Positions 1 to 10,231 of a DNA stretch of 64,000 bases are shown here, piece by piece. Positions within the stretch are counted from its first letter, which is position 1. Each line of letters begins with the position of its first letter. The position numbers were made by a program, and so were the translations under genes. Origin of the DNA: Candidatus Thorarchaeota archaeon (GTDB taxonomy: Archaea > Asgardarchaeota > Thorarchaeia > Thorarchaeales > Thorarchaeaceae); assembly GCA_003345595.1 (NCBI GenBank), contig PRDI01000129.1:1-64000 (forward strand), in the 5' to 3' direction. Below the pieces are notes generated by a model. It had not been told where the DNA came from and did not search any database. It saw nothing but the letters and a program-made list of their open reading frames with translations.

Positions 1-861
1 GACCAAGGAATAATGAACCTGAGGAGTCTTGGCTTTCGGATCAAGGAGGGCAAGACAGTCAAGCTTCAGCACGAAGGCTACATGGCCGGCACGGACCAGC
101 AAAGAGCCGAAGACATAAACGGTATGTTTGCAGACGAGGAAGTGAAAGCGATAATTTGTGCCCTCGGGGGACAAGTGGGGATTCGAACTCTGCGCTACTT
201 GGACTTTAGTCTGATAAAGAGAAACCCCAAGATCTTCTCGGGAATGAGTGACATAACGACTTACCACATTGCCTTGCTGGCGAAGACTGGTCTTAGTGGT
301 CTCCATCAGAGCGATGTGACTTTCGCATTTGGGGGAGAAGTGCACAGCAATAATACTTACGAAAGAGACCTCTTTCTGAGAATAACCGAGAACGCACAAC
401 CACTAGGCGTTCTGCCAGCACTCACGGGATGGGATGTCTGGCGCGAGGGCTCCACGAAGGGCAGGCTGTTCGGTGGAAATATGAACAGCATTCAGTGCCT
501 GCTCGGGACCCACTATACTCCGAAACTGACCGAGGATGTCATCTTCTTCTGGGAATCGATGACTCAGCCTCTTAGCCACATCGATCAGAAGCTAGCTCAC
601 TTCAGAGAAGCCGGCCTCTTCGACAGGACTGTTGGAATGCTCATAGGCAAGATCAGAGGAGATGAGGGAGGTTCTCAGAGGGACATGACAGCTGAAGTGA
701 AGCCGGTCGCCGTTGATATAGCTGAAGAGTTCGACTTCCCCGTGATAGCGGGCATGGACTTCGGCCACTACACACCCAACCTTCCATTGCCCATGTGGCT
801 CAAGGCTAGTATGGACACTCAGAACCTTGCGATAAGCATTGAGGAACCATATGTTGTATGA
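1..861 (+). CDS. LD-carboxypeptidase / MccF-like peptidase family S66 (5'-truncated by the window edge)
   Basis: YMAGTDQQRAEDIN, ICALGG, PKIFSGMSDIT (catalytic Ser), GRLFGGN, FFWE, DFGH (catalytic His). The frame is open back to base 1. Confidence 0.88.
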   Translation, partial: DQGIMNLRSLGFRIKEGKTVKLQHEGYMAGTDQQRAEDINGMFADEEVKAIICALGGQVGIRTLRYLDFSLIKRNPKIFSGMSDITTYHIALLAKTGLSGLHQSDVTFAFGGEVHSNNTYERDLFLRITENAQPLGVLPALTGWDVWREGSTKGRLFGGNMNSIQCLLGTHYTPKLTEDVIFFWESMTQPLSHIDQKLAHFREAGLFDRTVGMLIGKIRGDEGGSQRDMTAEVKPVAVDIAEEFDFPVIAGMDFGHYTPNLPLPMWLKASMDTQNLAISIEEPYVV

Positions 862-906
862 GAGACCGTCCCTGAAGTCTACAAGATTCAGCAAGCCCCG
901 TGTATA

Positions 907-1650
907 TCAACTAGGGCCATGTTTAGTTCTTCGAAATTCCTCGAGGTTCTCTGGAGGCCAGCCTCGCGGGGTTTCATAGTTCTTCACAAATCGAAAGTCA
1001 CACATGGAATGACCTAGCGACAGAATCTGAGTACGCTTGAATCCAACACCTATTCCGCGCATCTTTGCGTAGTCCGCCAGACAGGCATAGGGGGCAAACT
1101 CCTCCGCTCCGAACTTGCGGAGAAGCTTGAGCCACCCACACTCAGTGAAGTTCAGTCCATATTCGAAGGTCTTGCCATCGCCCTCAACGTAGTCTCCTAA
1201 CCAGTTATCAGGATAATCACCATTGTGAGTTTCTGCCATCCATTTCGTCCAGCGTCGCTTCGAGAACCGGGAAAACAGCATCATACTGGCAAGCCTCTTC
1301 TTTATCGACGGTATCGAGCCGACGTATCCCTCCATGATCTCGTACATCCACTGTCCAATCTCTCTGTTTTCCATTCGATGCTCTTTGCAGGCCTTATACA
1401 TCGCCAAGGTTACTCCAGAGTCAACCATGAAACTGGTAAAGGGGCTCTTTGCTCCTCCCACATCAGGAAGCTGAGGAAGGAGATTCTCGAACTCCTCGCG
1501 AGCCTTCTCTGTCAGGACCTCAATCGTCTTCTCATCGAAACGTGATTTCGCGACGATTCGAGCGACCCGGACCAAATCGTCGAATCGCTTCATTATGGTC
1601 CTCTTCTGAGATACGTAGTAGTTCTCTTGTTGCATCTTGTTCGTCTTCAA
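907..1650 (-). CDS. L-2-amino-thiazoline-4-carboxylic acid hydrolase-like family protein
   Basis: LPDVGG, NFTECG, APYACLADY, RTQIL..G...CDFRF three-Cys pattern. Start may be the ATG at 1635. Confidence 0.75.
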   Translation of the reverse strand: MKTNKMQQENYYVSQKRTIMKRFDDLVRVARIVAKSRFDEKTIEVLTEKAREEFENLLPQLPDVGGAKSPFTSFMVDSGVTLAMYKACKEHRMENREIGQWMYEIMEGYVGSIPSIKKRLASMMLFSRFSKRRWTKWMAETHNGDYPDNWLGDYVEGDGKTFEYGLNFTECGWLKLLRKFGAEEFAPYACLADYAKMRGIGVGFKRTQILSLGHSMCDFRFVKNYETPRGWPPENLEEFRRTKHGPS

Positions 1651-1694
1651 TCATCGAGTTGCCATACCGATAAGGGTATGCAACAGCTGCGCAG

Positions 1695-1850
1695 AAGTTA
1701 GACAACCTTGGACATTCTCGAGTAGGGGCTTGAATAGCTCGAATCACACATCTCATTGAGGCGGACTCGACACAATCCAGCCTCAAGGAGTACGACCCCA
1801 GTGCCGTTTCTGGGAGGATAAGGACTCCTGTGTCCAACTTTGTCCAACTT
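1695..1850. repeat. Imperfect 20-bp inverted repeats, each built from two 10-bp TGTCCAACTT-like units
   Basis: 1831-1850 is TGTCCAACTT twice, exact. The reverse complement of 1695-1714 is TGTCCAAGGT-TGTCTAACTT (17/20 match). Confidence 0.7.
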
Positions 1851-2006
1851 ACAATGAACAGTTGGGGCAGGCCTTGCTCTGAATGGACTGACAGCACGAT
1901 GCCGCTCGATGGAGCGGTTACTCTACCTCTCCCTGGAGATCATCCTTCTCCCACGCTTTTCAAGTCATAGGAATCCCTATGCAAGCCGCAAAGCAACTTC
2001 CTCACC

Positions 2007-2780
2007 TCACGGCGGAAATGGTTGAAGGTCTTGCATGACCATCTGAAGCAACTGATCATAGGTCATTCCTATCAACCAAGGTGTCAGAAACAGCAGGGCG
2101 ACACAGATTACGCCGAAGAAGATGGAGGCATAGCCACTCCGCGTCCACTTCACTTCCAGATCTTGGCTCGAACCGGTCGTTTCTGGCAAGACTGGCTGTT
2201 CCACTGATTCCGGTGTCACAGACGTGCTAGCCTGTTTCTCTACAACGCCGCTGTCCTCCGGAGCAGTGCCGCTCTCTTCGTTCTTCATGTCTCCCCTGAA
2301 ACCAATTGCCGCGCTTGTGGTTCGCGCTATATCGTCGGCAGAGAGCACGACTCCTCGTATCGCTTTATCATATCCTCCGAATCTTGCTCCAGTACGTATC
2401 CCGACTTGACCCACTCGTCCTATACCAGAAACACCTTCAAGTCCGGCAATGCCGAGCAAGACACCCGTGTATGCGTCCACAACGAAAGAGAATGCAATAA
2501 ACGACAAATCGAGTTTCAGGTGCCAAAACGACCTGCCCATAATCTTCCGCACACATCCTGAGCAATGGTGATGCTGGCGCACCAGTTCGAACACAAGATG
2601 AACAGTGACGATGACCACGAGCCAGAAGAGACTCACGAATATGCTGAGGACTACAGCAAGAACGATGTAGAGCACCTTGAAGGTTCTGCTCTCATCGTGG
2701 TTTACTATCCATATGTAAGTAGAGCGCAGGCGTTCATTGTCCAGCTTGAGCACCAGTCCTGAACATGGCTGCTCGTGCAT
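2007..2780 (-). CDS. Hypothetical multi-pass membrane protein
   Basis: 257 aa with about four hydrophobic helices, a Gly/Arg-rich segment and a polar linker. Confidence 0.65.
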   Translation of the reverse strand: MHEQPCSGLVLKLDNERLRSTYIWIVNHDESRTFKVLYIVLAVVLSIFVSLFWLVVIVTVHLVFELVRQHHHCSGCVRKIMGRSFWHLKLDLSFIAFSFVVDAYTGVLLGIAGLEGVSGIGRVGQVGIRTGARFGGYDKAIRGVVLSADDIARTTSAAIGFRGDMKNEESGTAPEDSGVVEKQASTSVTPESVEQPVLPETTGSSQDLEVKWTRSGYASIFFGVICVALLFLTPWLIGMTYDQLLQMVMQDLQPFPP

Positions 2781-2894
2781 TTAGACTATGCGGGCGCGAA
2801 GTGGAACAGGAACCCACGATACTCCCTGACGGCTACACTCCGAGTTTCCTCCTCTTGGCCACAGTGAGTTCTTCCACAAATCAGAAGAACCGCT

Positions 2895-3983
2895 TTGACC
2901 AAGACATTGCGGGTTCGTGATTGTTTGAGCAGTGAAATCTTGCATGTGCGGTTTGACCCTAGAGTAGTCCGTGATGGCCTTCTTCAAAGGCGGGATGATG
3001 AGGGCGCAAGATGTCTGACGTGCAACCACCGTTGCCTTATCCCAGACGGCGCAAGGGGCTTTTGCGGCACAAGAACGAGTGTCAATGGTAGAGTGACCAC
3101 ATTATGTTTTGGCAACATATCCTCGATCAGCAATAACCCCATCGAGAAGAAGCCATTCTTCCACTTTGCCCCGGGAACGATGGCATTCACCGTTGGAAGC
3201 TGGGGCTGTAATGCCACATGCGGATTCTGTCAGAACTACGAGATATCAAAAAGACACCCGAGTCCTCGGATCTCAAGGTACATGAGTCCAGAGGAGTTCG
3301 TTGAGAGGGCAACGGCAGAGGGAAGTGAGGGTATATCGATTTCCCTGAATGAGGCCGCTACACTCATGCTTGAGTGGAACTTGGAAGTCTTCAGGTTGGC
3401 CCACAGCAAGGGTCTGTACAACACGATCGTCACAAACGGATACATGACGATAGAAGCTCTCAATCTCATGATTGACGCGGGTCTTGATGCTGCTAACGTT
3501 GACCTGAAGGGTTGTGCGGAAGGTGTCAAGAGAGTCTGCGGCCTGACAGTAGGCCATGTCTGGGATACCATCGCCCATATGAGTAAAAGAGGAGTGCACG
3601 TTGAGCTAACAACGCTAGTCGTACCAGGACTCAGTGATGACACAGAGTGTCTTCAAGAGATCGCATCTTGCATAGTCAGCGACGTAGGTGCGGACACACC
3701 TTGGCACGTGAACAGGTACTTCCCTCATTATCGCTTCCGAGAACCACAGACGCCCGTTGAAACGCTCCTTCGTGCGAGAGAGATAGGTAAGCATCAGGGT
3801 CTAAGATACGTGTACGTAGGCAACTTGTGGGAGCAAGGATTGGAGGACACCACGTGCCCAGTCTGCGGCCAAGTCTGCTACACGAGGATGGGATTCCAGT
3901 CAAGAAACACAGGCACCGATTCTCAAGGAAAGTGCAGTCAGTGCGGGCACAACCTGGGCATACGATACTGGCCTAGTAACTGA
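2895..3983 (+). CDS. amrS: AmmeMemoRadiSam system radical SAM enzyme (PFL-activating-like)
   Basis: N-terminal CLTCNHRC..G.CGTR, NPIEKKPFFHF.PG, CNATCGFCQN (CxxxCxxC), YVYVGN, and C-terminal CPVCG and CSQCG. Start uncertain. Confidence 0.88.
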   Translation: MTKTLRVRDCLSSEILHVRFDPRVVRDGLLQRRDDEGARCLTCNHRCLIPDGARGFCGTRTSVNGRVTTLCFGNISSISNNPIEKKPFFHFAPGTMAFTVGSWGCNATCGFCQNYEISKRHPSPRISRYMSPEEFVERATAEGSEGISISLNEAATLMLEWNLEVFRLAHSKGLYNTIVTNGYMTIEALNLMIDAGLDAANVDLKGCAEGVKRVCGLTVGHVWDTIAHMSKRGVHVELTTLVVPGLSDDTECLQEIASCIVSDVGADTPWHVNRYFPHYRFREPQTPVETLLRAREIGKHQGLRYVYVGNLWEQGLEDTTCPVCGQVCYTRMGFQSRNTGTDSQGKCSQCGHNLGIRYWPSN

Positions 3984-4111
3984 CTCGTGAAGGTCGTCCA
4001 TGGAAACTGCGTCAGTGGCAGCCCTCGAAGGTCTGGACACGACAGACGGCACGAGCGAGGTTAGCATCAGCACGGAGGGTTTCACGAGCAGGCGGCCCAT
4101 GCGCCTTCGCT

Positions 4112-5977
4112 TCATTTCATATCTGCGGATAGCCGGGCAGGAAGAAGACGCTTCACCAAGAGTGTCAATGTTATGGTCAAAGTGAATACTAGGAATGACA
4201 GGACGAAGAAGAAGTACATCAGCGACCTGTCAGCATTGCTCAAGAACCAGAGCAGTCCAGGTCCACTGTCGACAATGAAGTATGCAGTGATAGAAAGATA
4301 GATTCCTGTTATGATGAGGACGAATAGTGCTAACCACACCATTACATCCGTCGGAGCCGCCGATTTCTTGTCAGATATCCTGAGAAGCAAGAAAAGAACA
4401 ATCAGACTAGGCAACAGTGCAAACAACGTGGGGCCGAACAATCGGATTAGGAAGTCTTCGACAGAAGTGAAGAAGTAGCTGGCCGAAAACCTCCAACCGA
4501 ATAGAATCAATCCGACATACAGCAGCACGAAGTACATGACTATGACGACCATAGTAGTCGCCACCCGTTGTCTGTCTGCAAGCGCAGTCTTTACACCGTC
4601 AAAAGATCTTCTGAGCAAGACACCTGCGACCAAGATTCCTGCGAATATGCAGACCATTACGACCAGCAGCCTCGCGGTCCGTTCTTCAGTGACCTTTGCG
4701 TCCCATGACGTTCGGAGGATACTCTCAGAAACCTCGATAGATGTGATTGCAGCGCCGATGGCAGAGCTGTTGTTTCCGCTTGTGAAGTTCCCATGGGCAT
4801 ACGTGATGAGCTGTTCAGCAACTGATACTTGGGACTGATATTGGGCCAGATAGCCCATTTTGCTGATTCTGCGCGTTGCCTGTGCTACGCGTATCTCTGA
4901 TAGATTGATTCTGTAAATGGCCTCCTGTTGGAGAGTGAGGTTCAGACATTGGAACAGGACCGTTCCTGAGCAATCGGAGGGCACAGCCCAACCCATCACT
5001 GCTGCAACGGTGGGAGCAATCGAGTTCTGATGCACAGGATCGTCATATGTCCCCGGCGTTACACCAGGACCTCTAATCAACAAGGGTATGTGAAGCACCT
5101 CTTCCTCAATCCCGCCATGTTCGCCCTTGCCAGAAAGAACATCGACTTGTCCATGATCGGAAACCACGACCACAAGTGTCGTATTGAGCAGACCCATTGC
5201 ATCGAAAGCGTCCAGCACTTCTCCTACGTATGTATCCTCGTTCTTCAGCGCTGTCACATATGACTCGCTTGCAGTACCGTTCTGATGACCTGCCTCGTCT
5301 GTTTCCCCGAAGTGAACTACCATGAACGTCGGGGAGTGGCGTTCTAGGACAAGCCGCGCATACTGTGACACAAGACTATCACGATAGTCAGGTAGGGTGA
5401 CCTCCGTGACCGGCATGCCGCTTGTGGCGTTTATCAAAACAGACTCTCCATTGGGCATTTGGCTTGTGAACGTGAGAGAGTAGTTCAGCCAAGGACTGAA
5501 CAGGTCGTACCAAGAATCACTTCCAATCATGGCGGTAGTACCCGAGTTCGTGACGGTTGTGTTCCAAAGCGAGTCCGCCGGAAACACGCCTTTGTACTCA
5601 TTGCCTATTACCTGACTCTCAGACGAGTTGACACCGGATGAGATCACGCAGTAGCCGGTCTTGCTCACACTGAGAAGAGTAGAACACTGTGCTGCAGTGA
5701 AATTGGCCCAGTCATCATAGCTCTCAATCTCTGGCCTTGATGTTTCATAGAAAGTGTCGGCGCGCACACCGTCCAATACGAACACGACAGCCCGATTGGC
5801 CAATGGAGTCATCCCCATGCCTTCGATTGACGAAACAGGTCCGGTCGGCACGTAACTGTAAGGGTTCACAAAGGCCACATAGGTGGAGAGGCCGGATACT
5901 AAGAGTTGCAGAAAGCCAAGTGAAACAAGCAACATCAGTGCCACTGCATACCTGAGACTGCGATTGCGTGACGCCAT
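4112..5977 (-). CDS. Membrane-anchored alkaline-phosphatase-superfamily phosphotransferase (PIG-N/O/G-like architecture)
   Basis: N-terminal TM; VVFVLDGVRAD, SVS nucleophile region, HFGETDEAGH, VSDHG, GEHGG; about five C-terminal TM helices; about 12 N-x-S/T sequons in the soluble domain. Confidence 0.8.
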   Translation of the reverse strand: MASRNRSLRYAVALMLLVSLGFLQLLVSGLSTYVAFVNPYSYVPTGPVSSIEGMGMTPLANRAVVFVLDGVRADTFYETSRPEIESYDDWANFTAAQCSTLLSVSKTGYCVISSGVNSSESQVIGNEYKGVFPADSLWNTTVTNSGTTAMIGSDSWYDLFSPWLNYSLTFTSQMPNGESVLINATSGMPVTEVTLPDYRDSLVSQYARLVLERHSPTFMVVHFGETDEAGHQNGTASESYVTALKNEDTYVGEVLDAFDAMGLLNTTLVVVVSDHGQVDVLSGKGEHGGIEEEVLHIPLLIRGPGVTPGTYDDPVHQNSIAPTVAAVMGWAVPSDCSGTVLFQCLNLTLQQEAIYRINLSEIRVAQATRRISKMGYLAQYQSQVSVAEQLITYAHGNFTSGNNSSAIGAAITSIEVSESILRTSWDAKVTEERTARLLVVMVCIFAGILVAGVLLRRSFDGVKTALADRQRVATTMVVIVMYFVLLYVGLILFGWRFSASYFFTSVEDFLIRLFGPTLFALLPSLIVLFLLLRISDKKSAAPTDVMVWLALFVLIITGIYLSITAYFIVDSGPGLLWFLSNADRSLMYFFFVLSFLVFTLTITLTLLVKRLLPARLSADMK

Positions 5978-6096
5978 CTAGTGTTCGCCCCGACTAGTAT
6001 TAGATGAGTAGTGGCTGAACCGGCAATGTGGGCTATATCAGTTGCTCCTCATGACCCTCAGCCCTGATCTTGCTGCAGCGTGTCCCCTAGTCGGAT

Positions 6097-6390
6097 TCAC
6101 GTCGGCTTGATCTCGCCCGCGCGCCTCAGCTCATACACGACAACATTACCTGGGTCCGGACATGCAACAGAAACGCGATCTGGGTCCTTTCCCCACGGAA
6201 AAGCACCACCGAACTCGAGGACAGTGATGAATGGGAGCATGGAGTTGTAAGCCCAGCGGCAAACCTTTGCCCTCTCACTGTCTTTCGACAGGTCAAACTC
6301 GTCGCCCACCTTGTAGAGCTTGCACGGGCTCTCTCCAGGCTGGGAACGAAGCTCTGCGACACGCGCAATTATCCGGTATCTCTTTGTCAT
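6097..6390 (-). CDS. TIGR04076-like small Cys-containing protein
   Basis: C..YKVGDEF, CRWAYNSMLP, ACPDP...VVYEL. Start taken at MTKRY (6390). Confidence 0.7.
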   Translation of the reverse strand: MTKRYRIIARVAELRSQPGESPCKLYKVGDEFDLSKDSERAKVCRWAYNSMLPFITVLEFGGAFPWGKDPDRVSVACPDPGNVVVYELRRAGEIKPT

Positions 6391-6412
6391 TCTTGTACCA
6401 CCATCCGAAACA

Positions 6413-8062
6413 TCATTTTGCATCGCGAAGCTCACGCCGCAGTATCTTTCCCACTGCACTCTTCGGCAGTGAGGAAACAAAAGAGATGATGCGAGGATAC
6501 TTGTAGGCGGCCATGTGCTCCTTGGCCCACTCTTTGATCTCGTCCTCAGTAATCTTTCCTTCGTACTCAGGCTTCAGTCTGATGAATGCCTTGATGGTTT
6601 CACCTGCCGCCGGGTCCGGAATTCCGATGACTCCAACTTCAGCGACTGCGGGATGTCTGTAGAGGAGATCCTCCACCTCTGCAGGGAATACCGAGTACGC
6701 CTTGTACTTGATGAGGTCCTTCTTCCGGTCGCCGATATACACGTAGCCGTCTGTGTCGAAACGGCCAATGTCACCGGTGTGCATCCAACCTCCTTTCAGC
6801 GTTTCGTCGGACTCCTTCTGCTTCCGCCAATAGCCAGCCATGACCTGGGGGCCTCGAATCAGGATTTCTCCCCATTCACCAATCGCCATTTCCTTGGAAT
6901 CGTCCGTTGTGTCGACTATCTTGATGTGAGTGTTGAAGATTGGAAGACCTACACTGCCTGGTTTCAGAACTCCCTCGGGAATCAGAGTCTGAATTGGCGA
7001 GGTTTCTGTCATTCCGTATCCTTCGACTATGTATATTCCAGTGAGCCGCTGAAATTGCTCCAGAATCTCGACAGGGAGCGGCGCGGCGCCGGAGAAGGCA
7101 TGCTTCAGGGACTGCAGCGCTTCCTTCTTGAGGTCAGGGCGCCCGAGCATTGAAACATACAATGTTGGCACTCCAACCAGTACCGTTGCCCCATACTTCG
7201 GAATTACATGAAGAACCTCCTTTAGGTCCGGCCTTGGAATCATTATGATGCTGGCCGCTATGTACGAGGCCAGTACGAGTACACAAGACAGGCCAAACGC
7301 ATGAAAGAATGGAAGGACGCCGACGAAACACTCCTTGCCCTCATTGACCTTGAACCACCTACGACCCGCTTCTGCGTTGAACATCAGGTTGCGGTGTGTC
7401 AGCATAGCGCCCTTGGGCATACCAGTGGTCCCTCCCGTGTACAACAGAGTGGCAACATCGTCTGCACCAAGACTGTTCTCAGGGGGTGTCATCGGCTGGT
7501 CAGACATCAAATCCCGAAAAAGACGAATCCCAGGCCCTACTGGTAGTGTTGGGTGTGCAATCTTGCCTGCAAGCTTGCCCAGGACAGCCTTGGCTTTAGG
7601 CAAGTATTCACCTGTCCTCGTATAGACTACTGCTTGAACCTCTGTGTCCTTTCTCCCTTTCTCAGCAACCTCATGGAACATGTCCAAGGCGACAAGGATC
7701 TTGGCGCCAGTATTCTCAAGTTGGTGGTGAAGCTCAAGTTCCTTGAGTAGTGGATTGACGGGTGAAACCATTGCCCCTGCTTTGAAAGCGCCGTAGAATG
7801 CAATAGGAAACTGCGGCAAGTTGGGAACCATGATCGCTACTCTATCACCCTTCTCGATGCCCAAGCCCAACAGAGCATGGGCAAACTGGTTACTCATCTC
7901 ATCGATCTGCCTGTAGTTTATCGTCTTGCCCATGATGTAGAAAGCGGGATGACTGGGAAACCGCTTGGCAGTACTCATGAGAGTTTCATGAATCGTTATC
8001 TTCGGAACCTCGATATCATATGGCAAGCCCTTTGGCCAGCTGTTCTGCCAGAACCTCTCCAT
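6413..8062 (-). CDS. fadD: Long-chain fatty acid--CoA ligase
   Basis: LLYTGGTTGMPKG, EGYGMTETSP, GWMHTGDIG, LPKSAVGKILRR. Confidence 0.92.
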   Translation of the reverse strand: MERFWQNSWPKGLPYDIEVPKITIHETLMSTAKRFPSHPAFYIMGKTINYRQIDEMSNQFAHALLGLGIEKGDRVAIMVPNLPQFPIAFYGAFKAGAMVSPVNPLLKELELHHQLENTGAKILVALDMFHEVAEKGRKDTEVQAVVYTRTGEYLPKAKAVLGKLAGKIAHPTLPVGPGIRLFRDLMSDQPMTPPENSLGADDVATLLYTGGTTGMPKGAMLTHRNLMFNAEAGRRWFKVNEGKECFVGVLPFFHAFGLSCVLVLASYIAASIIMIPRPDLKEVLHVIPKYGATVLVGVPTLYVSMLGRPDLKKEALQSLKHAFSGAAPLPVEILEQFQRLTGIYIVEGYGMTETSPIQTLIPEGVLKPGSVGLPIFNTHIKIVDTTDDSKEMAIGEWGEILIRGPQVMAGYWRKQKESDETLKGGWMHTGDIGRFDTDGYVYIGDRKKDLIKYKAYSVFPAEVEDLLYRHPAVAEVGVIGIPDPAAGETIKAFIRLKPEYEGKITEDEIKEWAKEHMAAYKYPRIISFVSSLPKSAVGKILRRELRDAK

Positions 8063-8231
8063 TTTGCACACGTCCGGAATTAGCTAGATGAAACTATACT
8101 AATCTACAGACCGGGCATATAACAGCATTGCCCATTCAAGTGGAACAAAGGCAAGTTGGCCACCAGACAAAAACGATTTGTGCCAGCAATACCATGCACC
8201 TGATTGCTGAAACGCGCTTGGAGAGGACTAC

Positions 8232-10217
8232 ATGAAGACAATCACCGTGATTGGCGCAGGCACGATGGGGCACGGAATAGCCCAGCTGGCAGCCAAGGCA
8301 GGTTATCAGGTATACCTGAATGATGTGAAGAAGGAGTTCATTGACAAGGGTCTTGAACGAATAAAGTGGAGCCTCGGGAAGTTCGCGAAGAAGAAGGATA
8401 TCACTGAGGAGCAGGCCAAAGAGATCTTCGGAAGGATAACACCGGAGCTGGATCTTGCCAAGGCTGTGAGAGCAGCTGATATCATAATTGAGGCAATCAT
8501 CGAGGACATGAGTGTGAAACAGGAACTTGGCCGCAGACTGGACAAGATCATGAAGAAGGGGGCCATATTCGCCACGAACACAAGCACACTGCCCATCACA
8601 GAGATAGCCTCTGCTTTCTCGCATCCTGAGAATGTAATCGGGATGCACTTCTTCAACCCACCACAGCTAATGCCACTGGTGGAGATAATCCGCGGCGAAA
8701 AGACTTCAGAGAGCACGCTGACGGTGATAGTCGAACTGTCACGCGAGATGGGAAAAGACATTGTCACTTGTAAGAAGGATGTCCCTGGCTTCATTGTGAA
8801 CCGCATGCTCGGGCCTCTGCTCAACGAAGCCGCATGGATGGTCGAACGAGGTGAAGCAAGCATCACGGCCGTAGACTCGGCAGCGAAGTACAGGCTTTCT
8901 CTGCCCATGGGTCTGTTCGAACTCGCGGACTACAGTGGTGTCGACGTGATCCACAATGCACAGAAGTACTTCGTCAGGAGAGGATTGGTTTCAAACCAGC
9001 CGCCCATTTGGGAGGAGAAGGTCAAGGCCCAAGAGTTCGGGATGAAGGTTGGAAAGGGCTTTTACACGTACAAGCAGGGTGCCCTCGGATGGGAGAGACC
9101 GGATATCCCGAGAGATGCAGGAAACAACGTAGACCTCGTCCGACTCTTCGCCCCGGCAATCAACTCAGGAGCAGAAGTGGTGCGACTGGAGATTGCCACC
9201 AGAGAGGATGTCGACAAGTCGGTGAAGATGGGACTAGGATTTCCGAAGGGCATTCTCGAGATGGCAGATGAGTTTGGCATAGACAAAGTGATGGATGCTC
9301 TGAAAGACCTTCGTAGCAAGCATGGTGAGTTCTACAAGCCAGACCCTCTGTTAGAACAGATGATGAGCGAGGGACGCACAGGGAAGGAGGCCGGGAAGGG
9401 ATTCTATGACTATGAGCAGAAGGCAACTGAGCTTGAAACACTCATCTTGAAGAAAGAACCCGAGAACAAGATTGCGTGGTTGGTCTTGAACAGGCCACAC
9501 AGACTGAACACATTCACTCTTGAGTCCATAGCGGACTTCCGACGCGCATTTCTTGATGTTGCTGCTGACAAGAACATCAGAGTACTCATAATCACCGGTG
9601 CAGGAGACAAGGCATTCTGCACAGGGGCAGACCTGACAGCGTTCTCAGGTGATATCAACCCCTCGGCAGCACGGGACCTTTCCGCGCAAGGTCATGATCT
9701 CTTCGCAATGATTGAGAAGCTGCCACAACCCGTCATCGCGGCCATAAACGGGTACGCCTATGGAGGTGGATGCGAACTGGCGTTGGCTTGTGATTTTCGG
9801 ATTGCGGCCGAGCGTGCCAAGATCGGTCTCACAGAAATGCGATTGTCGTTGATTCCGGGTTGGGGCGGTACACAGAGACTGCCCAGAATCATAGGGCTTG
9901 CAAGGGCCAAGGAGGCCATCATGCTTGCACGGAGGTACACTGCCGAAGAGGCACTGACGATAGGTCTTGTTAACAAGGTCGTTTCGAACGATAACTTCGA
10001 GAACGAAGTGAGGGCATTTGCACACGAGCTCGCCAAGCAGTCACCCATCGCAATCAAACTCGCCAAGCAATGCTTGAACCATGGCACTCAAGTGCCATTG
10101 GACGTGGGATTGGAGCTCGAGGCACAGGCATTCGGGGTCCTCTTCTCGACAGAGGATCTCTTCGAGGGGATTGCGGCATTCATGGAAAAGAGAGAGCCCG
10201 ACTTCAAGGGCAAATAG
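8232..10217 (+). CDS. 3-hydroxyacyl-CoA dehydrogenase / enoyl-CoA hydratase fusion (archaeal domain order)
   Basis: GAGTMGHGIA, TNTSTLPI, GMHFFNP; C-terminal crotonase domain with AFCTGAD, GGGCELALACD, PGWGGTQRL. GGAGG SD upstream. Confidence 0.95.
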   Translation: MKTITVIGAGTMGHGIAQLAAKAGYQVYLNDVKKEFIDKGLERIKWSLGKFAKKKDITEEQAKEIFGRITPELDLAKAVRAADIIIEAIIEDMSVKQELGRRLDKIMKKGAIFATNTSTLPITEIASAFSHPENVIGMHFFNPPQLMPLVEIIRGEKTSESTLTVIVELSREMGKDIVTCKKDVPGFIVNRMLGPLLNEAAWMVERGEASITAVDSAAKYRLSLPMGLFELADYSGVDVIHNAQKYFVRRGLVSNQPPIWEEKVKAQEFGMKVGKGFYTYKQGALGWERPDIPRDAGNNVDLVRLFAPAINSGAEVVRLEIATREDVDKSVKMGLGFPKGILEMADEFGIDKVMDALKDLRSKHGEFYKPDPLLEQMMSEGRTGKEAGKGFYDYEQKATELETLILKKEPENKIAWLVLNRPHRLNTFTLESIADFRRAFLDVAADKNIRVLIITGAGDKAFCTGADLTAFSGDINPSAARDLSAQGHDLFAMIEKLPQPVIAAINGYAYGGGCELALACDFRIAAERAKIGLTEMRLSLIPGWGGTQRLPRIIGLARAKEAIMLARRYTAEEALTIGLVNKVVSNDNFENEVRAFAHELAKQSPIAIKLAKQCLNHGTQVPLDVGLELEAQAFGVLFSTEDLFEGIAAFMEKREPDFKGK

Positions 10218-10231
10218 AGGGAAGTATCAAT

